Origin: Klebsormidium nitens
Lineage: Eukaryota > Plantae > Klebsormidiophyceae
Assembly: GCA_000708835.1 (NCBI GenBank)
Contig: DF237287.1
Coordinates: forward strand, 1-64,000
DNA length: 64,000 nucleotides
Reading direction: 5' to 3'
Below the pieces are notes generated by a model. That model searched no databases, had not been told where the DNA came from, and saw nothing but the letters and a program-made list of their open reading frames with translations. The translations under genes and the position numbers were made by a program. Below, one piece after another: positions 62,401 through 64,000 of this stretch; the first letter of the stretch is position 1; the number at the start of each line of letters is the position of its first letter.

Positions 62401-63856
62401 AAAAGCTCATGTTTCATCCACTCTTCTACACTTAGCTGATATCCGACCTTTTCTCTGTGCAGTTGGTGACGCTGTCGCGCGTGGAGAAGGTGCGGCGCAT
62501 CATGCAGGTCCTGAGCAGTTGCCACCACAACAGTTTCCCGGTCATCGACCGCGCGGAGGGCGCCGAGGAGCACTTCAGCGGCCTCATCCTGCGGCACACG
62601 CTGCTCGTGCTGCTGACCGGCAAGCAGGACTTCCAGCGGAGCCCCAAGGTGGGCAGGGTTTTCCTTGACACTGTGATTTGCTTTATGACTCAAAAGTAAC
62701 CACATGGTTTCTCAAGGTGTCAAGAGGAGGTGCAGAAAGGGAAGGGCATACACGAACTCGAGGAGTGTCTGATCTTTTAGTGTCGATACTGGAGGTTCGA
62801 GTCTTCACGGGTTCTGGGGAGTTGGGCTCAGAGTTTGAGGCTCGTTAGTTGCATAAGCCACGGTTCTTAGCGATGTCTCAATCTGGGTGCGAGATTCATC
62901 AAAGCCGACACATTGGTGGCGTTGGTCTGTTTGAGAGAATACCTTGAAGGGAATGCAGCTGGACTCACAAGGTTCGGGGGTGTGGCACCTAAGGGACCCA
63001 GGAGAGAAGAACAGCGGAGTTGTTTCATTCTCTGCAGTGCTGACATACGTTTCTTCTTCGACTTGCTTTGCTTTTCCACCCCTCCTCTGATCCCCACCCC
63101 TCAAAAGTAACCGCGGGGCCGTAAGCTGGTGCACATCTGCCGGCTGGATATGGTGACCATTAACTCTAACCATTGGCACTGGAAATCTGACGCTGCACAA
63201 TTGGTCGCCTGGACACAGCAAGTGTCAATGACAACAATTGGCACCGCTAACCTAACCGCTGCCCACTAACCTGGTGCCGATTTGCAGCATCGACACTGCG
63301 ACACGGCGAGTATAAGTGAAACTCACTGGCCGCTGATTCCGACATTACCCGTAACACTCTGCAGATCCCCCTCGAGGCGGTGAAGTGCACAATTCACTGG
63401 GGGCGTATCGGCGCAACAAATGTTCAACGCTTTTCAAACGCTTTTTGAATACTAGAACCCAAGAGCCTTGATGCACCAAGACCAGTAAACCTGCTTTGCT
63501 AACCCGGTGCAGATCCGCCGCCTGTACACCGTGATGGGCCCGTCTTATACTAACGCAGTTTGAAGCCGACAAAGTTAAAGCGTCAAATCGCTAACACCAG
63601 TAAACCTGCTTTCTGACACGTGCAGATCCGCCGCCTGGACACCGTGATGGGCACGATCCACGGGGGCCGCGTCGGCGCCGGCGCGGGCGGCCCGACACAT
63701 GACACGTACAACGACTTTGCGAAGCCGGGGTCGGGCAAGATGCTGCGCGTGCAGGACGTGGCGCTGACGGAGGACGAGATGGAGCACTACATCGACCTCG
63801 CGCCGTTCCTTAACCCGGCGCCGTTTGTGGTGCAGGAGCACATGTCGCTGACCAAG
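53491..63856 (+). CDS. CLC: CLC anion/H+ exchanger, most like plant CLC-d; 3' end lies beyond the window
   Basis: Exons 53491-53868, 55437-55778, 56345-56493, 57360-57551, 58113-58299, 59488-60009, 60655-60762, 61155-61259, 62463-62648, 63626-63856. Motifs IESLDYEI, GSGIPE (Ser, chloride-type), GKEGP (gating Glu), RAPIGGVLFAMEE (proton Glu), PSGLFVP, LGGSMRMTVSLCVI, GIYD, CBS1 HNSFPV, CBS2 SLTK. CPRRSGHFGNFVNFNC and MSLTKV resemble CLC-d. Confidence 0.94.
55111..55436 (+). repeat. About 30-bp C-rich minisatellite ending at a CLC 3' splice site
   Basis: Unit approximately ccccccccctcgaattctcacactctcggt, with at least 6 recognisable copies either side of an N gap. The last unit runs into ccccctacAG. 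Confidence 0.9.
55227..55271. other. Assembly gap (45 N)
   Basis: Run of n within the minisatellite. Confidence 1.
58325..58480. mobile_element. About 157-bp MITE-like family, copy B (CLC intron)
   Basis: Starts ttggccgttaacca and ends tggttaggagccaa. Shares internal blocks (ggctggtca, acttgggc, caagg, agtctggt, cagcctggttag) with copy A. Confidence 0.75.
59993..60088 (+). repeat. Duplicated donor junction of CLC exon 6
   Basis: ggtccatgcgcatgacg|gtgaggg (59993-60016) vs ggttcatgcgcatgatg|gtgaggg (60065-60088), 22/24 identical. Confidence 0.8.
61940..62520 (+). repeat. Four tandem copies of the acceptor plus start of the CLC CBS1 exon
   Basis: AG acceptors at 61966-67, 62133-34, 62294-95 and 62461-62 (real), with spacing 167/161/167. 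Each is followed by about 57 nt of TYGGTGACGCTGT..CGC.TGGAGAAGGTG.GGCGCA...CAGGTCCT.AGCAG. Confidence 0.95.
63481..63655 (+). repeat. Duplicated acceptor plus start of CLC exon 10
   Basis: accagtaaacctgcttt...gtgcagATCCGCCGCCTGTACACCGTGATGGGC (63481-63539) vs the real junction at 63596-63652. Confidence 0.9.
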
Positions 63857-63992
63857 GTGGGTTAGGCTTAACCCGCAGGGTTGTTTTGATCTGGTGCTTG
63901 AAATAAAGGCGGGGTTAAGAGACCCGGCGCCGTTCGTGGTGCAGGAGCACATGTCGCTGACCAAGGTGGGTTAGGGTTAACCCGCAGGGTTG
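63813..63992 (+). repeat. Duplicated 3' end and donor of CLC exon 10
   Basis: 71-nt units at 63813-63883 and 63922-63992, with 2 mismatches. Confidence 0.92.
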
Positions 63993-64000
63993 GTTGGATT

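Noticed and set aside
61940-62520. CRISPR-like repeat-spacer array
   Set aside because: The repeats are copies of a eukaryotic splice junction and coding sequence, the spacers are themselves partly homologous, and no cas genes are present.
62785-62812. GGTTCGAGTC T-loop-like word suggesting a tRNA or tRNA-derived SINE
   Set aside because: No acceptor stem, D-arm/A-box or anticodon arm could be built.
63364-63378. Possible 15-nt in-frame microexon (IPLEA) in the CLC intron
   Set aside because: It has AG/GT ends but is not needed for frame, and the donor GTGAAG is only moderate. It cannot be supported without transcripts.
14906-63856. Functional cluster of anion transporters (BOR + CLC)
   Set aside because: They are 30 kb apart with unrelated housekeeping genes between them; no sign of co-regulation.

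Overview
Eukaryotic, intron-rich genomic DNA with GT-AG introns, CTRAC-type branch points and two N gaps. The plant-like gene set and GC-rich exons suggest a streptophyte green alga such as Klebsormidium (inference only). Six multi-exon genes could be rebuilt by hand with consistent splice phases: a SAMHD1/VEN4-like HD dNTPase (-), a BOR borate transporter (-), a PRT6/UBR N-degron E3 ligase (+), phosphomannomutase (-), TRM5 tRNA methyltransferase (-) and a CLC-d-like anion/H+ exchanger (+, runs off the window). There are also three weaker gene candidates, two MITE-like families, a possible GIY-YIG remnant and several simple repeats. No rRNA, tRNA or CRISPR features were supportable. The most unusual signal is a recurrent pattern in BOR, PRT6, TRM5 and CLC: short segments at exon boundaries are tandemly re-copied into the neighbouring intron (9 separate sites, 2-4 copies each, spacing about 70-210 bp), mostly keeping the AG or GT splice site. 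This yields arrays of decoy, poison or alternative exons. Also noted are a 16-nt microexon, a frame break in PRT6, and a shared G-quadruplex/telomere-like motif in two divergent intergenic regions.
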